Below, piece after piece: positions 1 to 8,541 of a stretch of 23,679 bases of DNA. The notes beneath the pieces were generated by a model. The model ran no database searches. It was not told the origin of the DNA and was given only the letters and a program-made list of their open reading frames with translations. Source of the DNA: Gemmatimonadales bacterium (GTDB lineage Bacteria > Gemmatimonadota > Gemmatimonadetes > Gemmatimonadales > GWC2-71-9); NCBI GenBank assembly GCA_038321865.1, contig JBBQFH010000036.1:1-23679 (forward strand), read 5' to 3'. Made by a program: the position numbers and the translations under genes. Every line of letters starts with the position of its first letter. The first letter of the stretch is position 1.

Positions 1-317
1 AGGTGCGGATCTACGTCTCGATTCCCAACGCCGGCCAGACGCTGGTGTCCGGCCTGTTCGCGCAGGGTCGTATCGCCACCGAGACGGCGCGCGGCCTCTC
101 GGTCCCGGTCTCCGCCGTGGACCAGCGCGGGACCTCGCCCAGCGTACTCCGGCTCCGCGCGTCGCGGGTGCAGCGCGTGCCGGTCGAGACCGGCGTGCGC
201 GACGACATCGCCGAGCGGATCGAGATCACCAGCGGGCTCGCGGCGGGTGATACCGTGCTGCTGGGCAGTGCGCAGGTGCTCAGCGAGGGCACCGTCGTCC
301 GCGTGCGGAAGGAGTAG
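1..317 (+). CDS. Efflux RND transporter periplasmic adaptor (MFP), 3' part only (5'-truncated by window edge)
   Basis: C-terminal MFP signature (SGLFAQGRI...VPVSAV...VETGVRD...IEITSGLAAGDTV). TAG at 315-317, 2 nt before an RND permease gene. Confidence 0.9.
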   Translation, partial: VRIYVSIPNAGQTLVSGLFAQGRIATETARGLSVPVSAVDQRGTSPSVLRLRASRVQRVPVETGVRDDIAERIEITSGLAAGDTVLLGSAQVLSEGTVVRVRKE

Positions 318-319
318 CC

Positions 320-3300
320 GTGTTCATATCCGACTTCGCCATCCGGCGGCCGATCGTCACCATCACCGCCATGGTGGCGCTCGTCGTGTTCGGCATCTTC
401 GCGCTGATCAATCTCCAGACCGATGAGTTTCCCGACGTGCAGCAGCCGCTCGTCGTCGTCACCGTTCCCTATCCCGGTGCCTCCCCGGCCGAGGTGACGC
501 GCGAGATCGTGGATCCGATCGAGGACGCCGTGTTCAGCATCAGCGGGCTCGACGGCAGCAAGTCCACCTGCTACGCCACCGACGGGCTGGCGCAGTGCAC
601 CTTCTTCTTCGATTTCGAGAAGCCGGTGGCGCAGGCGTCGCAGGACATCCGCGACGCCATCTCGACCAAGCGGGCCGATCTGCCGCCGGAGATGAAGGAG
701 CCGATCCTCACCCGGTTCGATCCGGGCGATCAGCCGGTCATGACGTTGACGCTGACCTCACCGACCCAGACGGCGGCGCAGCTGACCCGTCTCGCCGATC
801 CCACGGTGACGCGCGGGCTGCGAGGCATTCCGGGCGTCGCCCAGGTGGACGTGGTGGGCGGCATCAAGCGCGAGATGTCGGTCGAGCTGAAGCCGGAGGC
901 ACTGCAGGCCGCCGGGATCAGCGTCGCCCAGGTGGTACAGACGCTCCAGGTGCAGAACCTGGCGGCGCCGGTCGGTCGGGTGAACGGCGCGCTCGACGAG
1001 CGCACCATCCGGCTGCGGGGGCGGCTGGAAGGCCCCACGGATTTCGCCAACGTCGTCATCGCGGAACGGAACGGACAGACGGTCCGGCTGGGCCAGGTCG
1101 CCAACGTGCGGGACGGCGCGGAGGAGCCGCGCAACATCGCCCTGTTCAACGGGCGCGAGGCGGTCGGGATCGAGGTGCGGAAATCGAAGGGATACAGCAC
1201 GACGGCGGTGAGCGACCGCATCCGGGCCCGCGTCGTGGAGCTGGAAAAGCAGATGCCGGCCGGCACCAGGCTCGAGCTGGTCCAGGACGCCGGCCAGCGC
1301 GTGGCCGCGGCCGTGCGAAACGTGCAGGAGGCGCTGATCGAAGGCGCGCTGCTGACGGTGCTCGTCGTGTTCCTCTTCCTCAACTCCTGGCGCTCGACCG
1401 TGATCACCGGTCTGGCGCTTCCGGTGAGCGTGCTGGCCTCGTTCATCGCCGTGTGGGCCTTCGGCTTCACCCTCAACACCATGTCGCTGCTGGGCCTGTC
1501 GCTCGCCATCGGGATCCTGATCGACGATGCCATCGTGGTCCGCGAGAATATCGTGCGGCACATCGAGATGGGGATGGACCACGTCAGGGCATCGCACGAG
1601 GGCACCGACGAGATCGGGCTCGCGGTCGCCGCGACCACCTTCTCGATCGTGGCCGTGTTCGTGCCGGTCGCGTTCATGTACGGCGTCGCCGGCCAGTGGT
1701 TCAAGCCGTTCGCGCTGACCATCGCGTGCGCCGTGCTCGTGTCGCTCTTCGTGTCGTTCTCGCTCGACCCGATGCTGTCGGCCTACTGGCCCGATCCGCA
1801 GACCGAATCGCACGAGCGCCGGAACCCGATCGCGCGGACGCTCGATCGCTTCAACCGGTGGTTCGACCGGCAGGCGGAGCGGTACACCCGGCTCATCGGC
1901 TGGGCGCTCGACCATCGCGTGGCCGTCGTGGGGCTCGCGTTCGTCGCTTTCTTCGGCGCGATCTTCCTTCAGGCCACGGTCGGCGGCGTGGGCTTCGTCC
2001 CCGAAAGTGATCGGAGCGAAGTCAGCCTGATCATCGAGACCCCGCCCGGCTCGAACCTCGACTACACCCGGCTCAAGGCCGAGGAGGTCACCCGCATCGC
2101 GCTGGCGCATCCCGAGGTGCGCTACACCTACACGGCGATCGGCACCGCGATTCCGTTCCGGGCGCCGGGCGTGGACCAGGCACTGGTCTACGTTCGCCTG
2201 ACGCCCAAGGCGACGCGCCACATCAGCCAGGACAAGCTTGGCGCCGTGCTGCGGGCCGAGCTCACGAAGGTGGGCGGCGCCAGCATCGCCGTCTTCACCA
2301 GCGGGTTCGGCGGCGCGATCAAGCAACTCGACCTGCAGATCAGCGGCGAGGATCCGGCGGTGCTCACCCACATCGCGCAGGTGATCGCGGATTCGATGAA
2401 GCACATCCCCGGCGCCGTGGACATTGGGCTCTCGACGCGGGGCGAGAAGCCGGAGCTCGACGTGCAGCTCAACCGGGGGCTGGCGGGCACGCTGGGCGTG
2501 ACGGTGGGGCAGGTTGCCCAGTCGCTCCGGCCGGCCTTTGCCGGCATCGACGCCGGCGACTGGGTCGATCCCAGCGGGGAAACCCGCGACGTGACCGTCC
2601 GCCTGACGCCCGAAGCGCGGGAACGCGCGGCCGATCTCGCCATGCTGCCACTGGTCGTCACCGGCGCCAACGGCCAGCCGGTCACCCTTCCCCTCGGCCA
2701 GGTCGCGACCATCACCAAGGGCACCGGCCCCGCGCAGATCAACCACCTGGACCGCCAGGCGGTCGTGAACGTGCAGGCGAACACCGAGGGCCGGGCGCTG
2801 AGCGAAGTCCAGCGGGAGATCGACCGCGTGGTGGGGACGGTCCGCTTCCCTCCGGGGTACAGCGCCACGTGGGGCGGGCAGGCGCGGGATCAGAACGAGG
2901 TGTTCACCCGCATCTTCACCGCGCTGGCGACCGCCGTGCTCCTGATGTACCTGATTCTCGTCGTGCAGTTCGGATCATTCCTCGATCCGCTCGCCATCCT
3001 GGTGTCGCTCCCGCTCTCGCTCGTCGGCGTGGTGCTGGCGCTCATCATCACCGGCGACACGCTCAATATCATGAGCCTGATCGGGGTGATCCTCCTGATG
3101 GGCATCGTGGCCAAGAACGCCATTCTGCTCGTGGACTTCGCCAAGTGGTCTCGGGAAAAGGGCCTGCCACTCCGAGAGGCGCTGATCGAGGCCGGCCGCA
3201 TTCGACTGCGCCCGATCATGATGACCACACTCGCCCTGATCGCCGGCATGATCCCGGTGGCGCTCGGCCACGGTGAAGGCGCCGACTTCCGGGCACCGCT

Positions 3301-3496
3301 CGGCCGCGCCGTCATCGGCGGCGTGATCACATCCACATTGCTGACGCTGATCGTGATTCCCACCGTCTACGAGATTCTCGACCAGACGCGTGCGTGGGCG
3401 GCCGGGCTGCTCGGCAGAAAGCCGAAGCCGCACCCGGTGCAGGGCGCGGCGGTGACGCAGGGGGCGGGCGTCGCCCCGCGGGGCGAATCGGTGTGA
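320..3496 (+). CDS. RND efflux permease, AcrB/AcrD/AcrF family (1058 aa)
   Basis: MFISDFAIRRP N-terminus; proton-relay motifs GILIDDAIVVRENI, GIVAKNAILLVDF and RLRPIMMTT; typical length. GTG start preceded by AAGGAG. Confidence 0.96.
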   Translation: MFISDFAIRRPIVTITAMVALVVFGIFALINLQTDEFPDVQQPLVVVTVPYPGASPAEVTREIVDPIEDAVFSISGLDGSKSTCYATDGLAQCTFFFDFEKPVAQASQDIRDAISTKRADLPPEMKEPILTRFDPGDQPVMTLTLTSPTQTAAQLTRLADPTVTRGLRGIPGVAQVDVVGGIKREMSVELKPEALQAAGISVAQVVQTLQVQNLAAPVGRVNGALDERTIRLRGRLEGPTDFANVVIAERNGQTVRLGQVANVRDGAEEPRNIALFNGREAVGIEVRKSKGYSTTAVSDRIRARVVELEKQMPAGTRLELVQDAGQRVAAAVRNVQEALIEGALLTVLVVFLFLNSWRSTVITGLALPVSVLASFIAVWAFGFTLNTMSLLGLSLAIGILIDDAIVVRENIVRHIEMGMDHVRASHEGTDEIGLAVAATTFSIVAVFVPVAFMYGVAGQWFKPFALTIACAVLVSLFVSFSLDPMLSAYWPDPQTESHERRNPIARTLDRFNRWFDRQAERYTRLIGWALDHRVAVVGLAFVAFFGAIFLQATVGGVGFVPESDRSEVSLIIETPPGSNLDYTRLKAEEVTRIALAHPEVRYTYTAIGTAIPFRAPGVDQALVYVRLTPKATRHISQDKLGAVLRAELTKVGGASIAVFTSGFGGAIKQLDLQISGEDPAVLTHIAQVIADSMKHIPGAVDIGLSTRGEKPELDVQLNRGLAGTLGVTVGQVAQSLRPAFAGIDAGDWVDPSGETRDVTVRLTPEARERAADLAMLPLVVTGANGQPVTLPLGQVATITKGTGPAQINHLDRQAVVNVQANTEGRALSEVQREIDRVVGTVRFPPGYSATWGGQARDQNEVFTRIFTALATAVLLMYLILVVQFGSFLDPLAILVSLPLSLVGVVLALIITGDTLNIMSLIGVILLMGIVAKNAILLVDFAKWSREKGLPLREALIEAGRIRLRPIMMTTLALIAGMIPVALGHGEGADFRAPLGRAVIGGVITSTLLTLIVIPTVYEILDQTRAWAAGLLGRKPKPHPVQGAAVTQGAGVAPRGESV

Positions 3497-3518
3497 GCCC
3501 GGCCGCGGGCAGCGTCGG

Positions 3519-6128
3519 TCAGCCCCGCCCGCGCGCCGGCTCCCGGTAGATCAATTCGTAGGGTGAGCGCTCCGCGATCGAGCGAAACCAGCCCCGTGCC
3601 TCACCGGCTCGCCCCACCTCCTCCAGCAGCTCCGCCCGCATGAATCGCTCGAAGGCCTGCGAGTAGAACGGAGACGCGACAGTGAGCTGGAACCACGATT
3701 CGCTCCGCCCGCCCTCGAGCTCGCGGAGCGCGTCCTCCGCGCGGCCTTCCGCGCGCGCGACCCGGGCTCGCGCCCCCCGGCCGAGGTGGCCGGCGAGCTC
3801 CGTCCCCGCAGCCGGCGGAGGCAGGCGCCCCAACGCCTCCGTGTGCGATCGCGCCGCCGCGACGTCGCCGAGCCGGGCCTCGATCAGCGTGAGCAGATAG
3901 AGGCGGATGTGCGGGTGGAGGCCGTTGTGCATCGCAAAGATGAGGAAGGAGCTGGCCGGCACCGCATCCGCGTCCCACGCCACGAGTGCGTCGCGCGTCG
4001 CCCGGAGCGCGGCCGGATCGACCGTCACGAACGGCAGCGCGCTGAACAGGCCGCGCGTGGCGAGGCCGTGGGCCTGGTCGAGCGATTCCGCGGCCGCGAG
4101 CTCGGTCCAGGCACCCGACTGATCACCGGCGGCGAGGGCGATATGGGCCAGCAGCAGATGACACAGCGCACGCATTTCGGCCGAGCGCGTGGCCTCGAGG
4201 AAGCTGCGCCCGAGCCGCGCCGCCGCGGCAAGATTCCCCGAATAGAGCGCGACGTCCGAAAATGCGACCGCCACCGTCACCGCTCGTGCCCGCTGGAGAT
4301 CGGCGACGGCGGCGCTCTGTGCCGGCACATCGCCCCGCAGTGATGCCAGCAGCGCCCGGAGCGCCAGCGCCTGATCGGCGTCGGGTCCCACCTCGAGCGC
4401 GCGTGCCGCGAACCGCTCGGCGTCGTCGCGCCGGCCATCGATCGCGGCGATGCGCGCCAGGTGCACCAGCGAGCTGACATGGTCGGGGTCGAGCGCGATG
4501 GCCCGCTCGAACGGACCGCGTGCCTCCGAGGCCGAACGGCCGCGCAACGGGTTGGAGTGGAAGAGCAGGTCGCCCAGCAGGAACCAGGCTTCGACATCGT
4601 CCGGGTGCGTGCCGGTGATGGTCCCGTAGTGACCTTCGGCTTCCGTGACGGCGCCGTGGAGCCAGGCCCGCTGGGCGTCGAGCAGCAGGCGGTCATGGCC
4701 CGAGAGCCGCTCACGGTGTTCGTGCGCGGAGTCGGAGACCTCCCGGGCCAGCTCGGGCATCGCCGCACCCGCGGCGGCCGACGCGAGCCGGTAATACGCG
4801 AGCGCGAACGAGGGATCGGCTGCGAGGGCCCGCTGCATCGATTCCATCGCGTCGAAATAGCGGCCGGCGCGGAGCTCGGCTTCTCCCTTCAGGTAGGCTT
4901 TCAGCGCCGGCAGCGATTCCGTCGTGACGGCGGCGAGCCGGCTCAGACGGGTGCCTGGCCCGACGCTCAATCCCGCGACGAGCTGCCGCGCGATGTCGTC
5001 CACCACGCCGAACAAACCGGCCTCGGCGTCGGCCGAGGCCTGTGCCGTCGCCTCGGGCCGCCCGCTGGAGCGGTACAGCGAGGCGGCGGCCTGCACGCGG
5101 CCGCCCGAGCCGGTCACGCTGCCGAGCACGAAGCGGCCGGCCCCGAAATGAGCGGCGATCGCGGCGGCAAGGGTGGCGTCCCCGTCGCGCCAGCCTTCCT
5201 GCGCGAGATAGCCGAGCAGCGCGCGCGGATCCACGGTCCGGATGGGACCCGCGCCGTCCAGCTCGGTCGCGAGAAGGTCCACCATGCCGTCGCCGAGGTA
5301 GGCAAGGTGCGCGTCGCCGCGGATCGTGAACGGGAAGACGGCGATGGTGTCGGGAGCGACCGCGAGGACCGGCGCGGCCGGCGCCGCCGCAGCCGGCGGC
5401 GGCCGCTCGGCGCGGGTGCGGACCGCCTCGATCAGTGTCCGGGTCTCGGGTGACGGCTCGAGCTCGAAGTCCGCCGCGAGCCGGCGGGCAAGCTCCTCGT
5501 AGGCCCGGAGCGCGCCGGACCGGTCGCCCACGCGGTCGAGCACCGCGATCAGGCGGCGGAATCCCGCCTCGTCCTCCGGCGCCAGGCTCGCCGCGCCGCG
5601 GGCGCGCCGAGCCGCCTCGGCCACATCGCCGCTGACGGCCGCGCGATCGGCGAGCGCCCAGGCGGCGGTGGCTGCGCGCTCCCGGAGCCGCCCGCGTTCC
5701 CGCTCGAGCCAGCGCTCGTATTCGGGCGCGCCCGCCACATAGAACCCTTCCAGCAGATCGCCCCGATAGAGCTCGAGCGCGCGGGCCGGTTCCCCCGACT
5801 CGCATGCCTCGTCAAAGGCCGACGCATCGCACCAGAGCGCGTGCTCGCCGATGCCGACCTCCTCTTCGCCCCGTCCCACGATCACGCCGGCGCCGATGGC
5901 GCTGCGTACGAAATAGAGCGCCCGCCTGAGCGCCGCCCGCGCCCGCTCCTGATCGAGGTCGGGCCAGAACATGGCGAGCAGGGAATCACGACGGTGGAAG
6001 CGGCGGGGCGAGGCGATGGCGAGGAAGGCCAGCACGCCGAACCGCTTGGGCTGCTGGAGCACGGCCCGGCAGTCGGCGTCCTTGGGCCCACGGAGGTCGA
6101 GCACGCCGAGAGCACGCAGTTCGATCAT
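3519..6128 (-). CDS. SARP-type (wHTH + BTAD) putative transcriptional regulator with TolB-like and TPR domains (869 aa)
   Basis: N-terminal LRALGVLDL...RDSLLAMFWPD...ARAALRRALY; BTAD-like WCDASAF...ALELYRGDLLEGF...WLERER...EPSPET; then IAVFPF...GDGMVDLL domain and TPR-like repeats (ALAADPSFALAYYRLA, AIALDPDHVSSLVHLA). Confidence 0.88.
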   Translation of the reverse strand: MIELRALGVLDLRGPKDADCRAVLQQPKRFGVLAFLAIASPRRFHRRDSLLAMFWPDLDQERARAALRRALYFVRSAIGAGVIVGRGEEEVGIGEHALWCDASAFDEACESGEPARALELYRGDLLEGFYVAGAPEYERWLERERGRLRERAATAAWALADRAAVSGDVAEAARRARGAASLAPEDEAGFRRLIAVLDRVGDRSGALRAYEELARRLAADFELEPSPETRTLIEAVRTRAERPPPAAAAPAAPVLAVAPDTIAVFPFTIRGDAHLAYLGDGMVDLLATELDGAGPIRTVDPRALLGYLAQEGWRDGDATLAAAIAAHFGAGRFVLGSVTGSGGRVQAAASLYRSSGRPEATAQASADAEAGLFGVVDDIARQLVAGLSVGPGTRLSRLAAVTTESLPALKAYLKGEAELRAGRYFDAMESMQRALAADPSFALAYYRLASAAAGAAMPELAREVSDSAHEHRERLSGHDRLLLDAQRAWLHGAVTEAEGHYGTITGTHPDDVEAWFLLGDLLFHSNPLRGRSASEARGPFERAIALDPDHVSSLVHLARIAAIDGRRDDAERFAARALEVGPDADQALALRALLASLRGDVPAQSAAVADLQRARAVTVAVAFSDVALYSGNLAAAARLGRSFLEATRSAEMRALCHLLLAHIALAAGDQSGAWTELAAAESLDQAHGLATRGLFSALPFVTVDPAALRATRDALVAWDADAVPASSFLIFAMHNGLHPHIRLYLLTLIEARLGDVAAARSHTEALGRLPPPAAGTELAGHLGRGARARVARAEGRAEDALRELEGGRSESWFQLTVASPFYSQAFERFMRAELLEEVGRAGEARGWFRSIAERSPYELIYREPARGRG

Positions 6129-6138
6129 GGGCCGGATG

Positions 6139-6181
6139 GTAACGCCAAGTCACGGCGAGGGCCACGCCTGCGCCACGCCTG
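6139..6181. promoter_or_regulatory. Direct-repeat array (~11-bp period), candidate SARP operator
   Basis: GTAACGCCAA (6139), GTCACGGCGA (6149), GCCACGCCTG (6161), GCCACGCCTG (6172), located between the SARP gene and its divergent neighbour. Confidence 0.55.
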
Positions 6182-6250
6182 ATGCATAGGGTGCGCGGAC
6201 CGACCCGGCGCCCCTGTGGGCGTCACCGATGCATCCACGACGGAGGAGCG

Positions 6251-7069
6251 ATGACCATCGACCTGCTGTACGCGCTGCTGGTGGGACTTCTGGCCGGGCT
6301 GCACGCGGCCACCTGGGGCTGCTACAAGGATTCGCCGCATGAAGGCTTCGAGCTCGGAAAATATTTGCGGAGCGTCGGCATCGGACTGTTGAGCGCAGGT
6401 GGGATCTACGCGGTGCTGGGGCTCGATGCGTCGACGGCCGCCGGTGCCGTCATCCTCTTCGGGTCCGTCTACATCGTCGAGCGCGCGGTGACCGAGATCT
6501 ACAAGACCTTCTTCCGCCAGCAGGCTCAGGAGAAGTACACCATCCCAATGCAGTTCGCGATCCTTGGGCGGCCCGTTACGCACCGCGGGACCCGAGCTCT
6601 GGCTGGCCTGGGGTACGGCGCCGTGATGCTGACCGCGATGGCCGGCGTGCTGGCCTATCAGCGCACACTCGGCAGCGCCGCTCCCCGGCTGATCGAGGTG
6701 GTGCTCTTCGGCGCCATCGGCGGCTGGATCTCGGCGTTCGGTGGCGCCTGGAAGGACGCGCCGATCGAGGGCTTCCAGCTGCGCAAGTTCTTTCGCAGCC
6801 CCGTTGTCGCGATGGCGTTCGCGGCGCTGCTGTCGCTCCTCTCACACAACCTGGTGCCCATCGCGCTCGCGGCGACCGGTTACACCGTGGCGTCGATCGA
6901 GACGTACAAGACGTTTCTGGCCAGTGGTCCACCGGGCAAGTTTGCCGATAAGCCGATTCGGTTTCCCGAAATGATCCGCCGGCGGGTCGCGCTCGTACCG
7001 CTCTACACCGGGATCTGGCTGGCCGTACTCGCGGCGGCCGGCGTCGCGTTCAGCGTTGCCGGTGACTAG
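6251..7069 (+). CDS. Hypothetical integral membrane protein made of two homologous halves (272 aa)
   Basis: GGAGGAG RBS at 6242-6248 before ATG 6251; about 8 hydrophobic segments; repeated motifs GCYKDSPHEGF/GAWKDAPIEGF and EIYKTF/ETYKTF. Confidence 0.85.
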   Translation: MTIDLLYALLVGLLAGLHAATWGCYKDSPHEGFELGKYLRSVGIGLLSAGGIYAVLGLDASTAAGAVILFGSVYIVERAVTEIYKTFFRQQAQEKYTIPMQFAILGRPVTHRGTRALAGLGYGAVMLTAMAGVLAYQRTLGSAAPRLIEVVLFGAIGGWISAFGGAWKDAPIEGFQLRKFFRSPVVAMAFAALLSLLSHNLVPIALAATGYTVASIETYKTFLASGPPGKFADKPIRFPEMIRRRVALVPLYTGIWLAVLAAAGVAFSVAGD

Positions 7070-8375
7070 CCTCGCGCGCCCCGCTGCGTGTGGGCACTCC
7101 GACCTTCCGGTGCGGAGACACGATGTTCGCGATCAGCATGCCGGCCACCAGCGACATCGCGATGAGAATCATGCGGAACGCCGTCTCCACGCCGAGCACG
7201 ACCTCGCGGTCGAGCAGCGAGGCCAGGCTCCGGTAGCCGATGCTGCCCGGCACCAGAAGCAGGATACTTGGCACCAGCGCGACGGTGGCTGGCCGGTCGC
7301 GGATCCGTGCATAGACGTTGCTCGCGATCCCGACCGTGAGCGCTCCGACGAACGTCCCCAGCTCCGGCCCCAGCGCGGCGGTACCGAGCCGGCTGCCCAC
7401 GAATCCCAGTGTCCCGGCGCCGATGATCCACGGCGCGTCGACCGGCTCCGCCCGAAGCAGGACGACGAACGCGAGCGGCGCGATGACCAGCGCCACGGCA
7501 TTGGTCCACCCCGGCAGCAGAATCGGCTGCGCGGCCGCGGCGGCGCCGAAGAGGTGGCCGCCGAGCGAGCTGCCCAGCGCGACGCCGAAGCAGATGCCGA
7601 GAAAGACCATGAAGGCGCCGCTCAGCCGGGCGGTGCCCGACACCAGATGGCGCGTGGAGATCTCGGTCATGGCGATGGTCAGCGTGAGGCCGGGCACCAG
7701 CGCGATCAGCCCCGCGAGCGTGGCCAGAAAGACCGACAGCGGCGTGATCCGAGCGCCGATCGCGGTGGCGGTGAACGACGCGATGAAGGCCGCGATCGGC
7801 TCGAACACCCGCCCGATGCCCGGCACCCGCTCGGCCGCGAGCGCCAGCAGGCCGATCAGGAGGCCGATCGCCGCCGCCGCCGCGATCTCGCGGCCGCCGC
7901 CGCCGAGGAAGCGCGCGGCCGCGCCCGACGCGATGCCGAAGGCCGCGGTGCGCATCCAGGCGCCGTACAGCGGCACATCGGCCACGATGCCGTCGATGAG
8001 CCGGGACCCATCGCCGGGCGGAACTTCGCCGCGCAGGACCGAATTGCTGACCGCATCGATCCGGGCCAGCTTGCCCAGGTCCACGTCACCCGGTTCTACG
8101 CGAAGGAGGTAGGTGCGCTGTCGCTCCTGCTCGCCGAAGGCGGCCGATATGGAGGTCGGGGTGGAAAAGAACTGGCCTGCCAGCCCCAGCCGGATCGCGG
8201 CGAGCTGCATGGTCTCCTCCAGCTGGTCGGCGGCGTAGCCGTAGGTGTGCAGCGCCCGCGCCAGCCGCAGGATGAAGCCGATCGCCTCCCCGCCGGATGG
8301 CGCGCGGCGCCGCCGCCCGCTGCCGTCCGGCTGCAGCCATTCGCCGCTCCATTCGCCGCTGTCGTGACGCGCCAT
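7050..8375 (-). CDS. Threonine/serine exporter family (ThrE-like, fused two-domain) protein
   Basis: LARALHTYG..ADQLEETM, FFSTPTSI, VDLGKLARID, IALVPGLTLT..MTEIST.HLVSGTARL and second-repeat ILLLVPGSIGYRSL. Exact start uncertain. The 3' end overlaps the convergent gene by 20 bp. Confidence 0.85.
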   Translation of the reverse strand: MARHDSGEWSGEWLQPDGSGRRRRAPSGGEAIGFILRLARALHTYGYAADQLEETMQLAAIRLGLAGQFFSTPTSISAAFGEQERQRTYLLRVEPGDVDLGKLARIDAVSNSVLRGEVPPGDGSRLIDGIVADVPLYGAWMRTAAFGIASGAAARFLGGGGREIAAAAAIGLLIGLLALAAERVPGIGRVFEPIAAFIASFTATAIGARITPLSVFLATLAGLIALVPGLTLTIAMTEISTRHLVSGTARLSGAFMVFLGICFGVALGSSLGGHLFGAAAAAQPILLPGWTNAVALVIAPLAFVVLLRAEPVDAPWIIGAGTLGFVGSRLGTAALGPELGTFVGALTVGIASNVYARIRDRPATVALVPSILLLVPGSIGYRSLASLLDREVVLGVETAFRMILIAMSLVAGMLIANIVSPHRKVGVPTRSGAREASHRQR

Positions 8376-8541
8376 CCCGCCTGCCTTGGGCCTGAGGATC
8401 CGGGCCCCCCGAGCGGGGCCGGTCGTGCAGTTCGCCGAGGGACCGGCAGCGGGCGGCGGAAGCCCGACCGGCTGCCGGCCGCGATCCCCTCTCCGTACAA
8501 CGACTTAGCGGGGTTCGCCGGTAGGCGTAATAATTGCCTCG

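Noticed and set aside
595..2746. Long alternative-frame and antisense ORFs over the RND gene (595-2010 +, 758-2746 -, 730-1722 -)
   Set aside because: Shadow ORFs typical of high-GC codon bias; Arg/Ala/Pro-rich, no motifs, fully overlapping a clear gene.
8443..8478. GC-rich hairpin (CCGGCAGC...GCTGCCGG) upstream of the HEAT/HD-GYP operon, considered as a c-di-GMP riboswitch
   Set aside because: I could not find the GEMM-I (GCAAA/GAAA tetraloop-receptor) or GEMM-II signatures, and such stems are common at this GC content. An Rfam scan would settle it.
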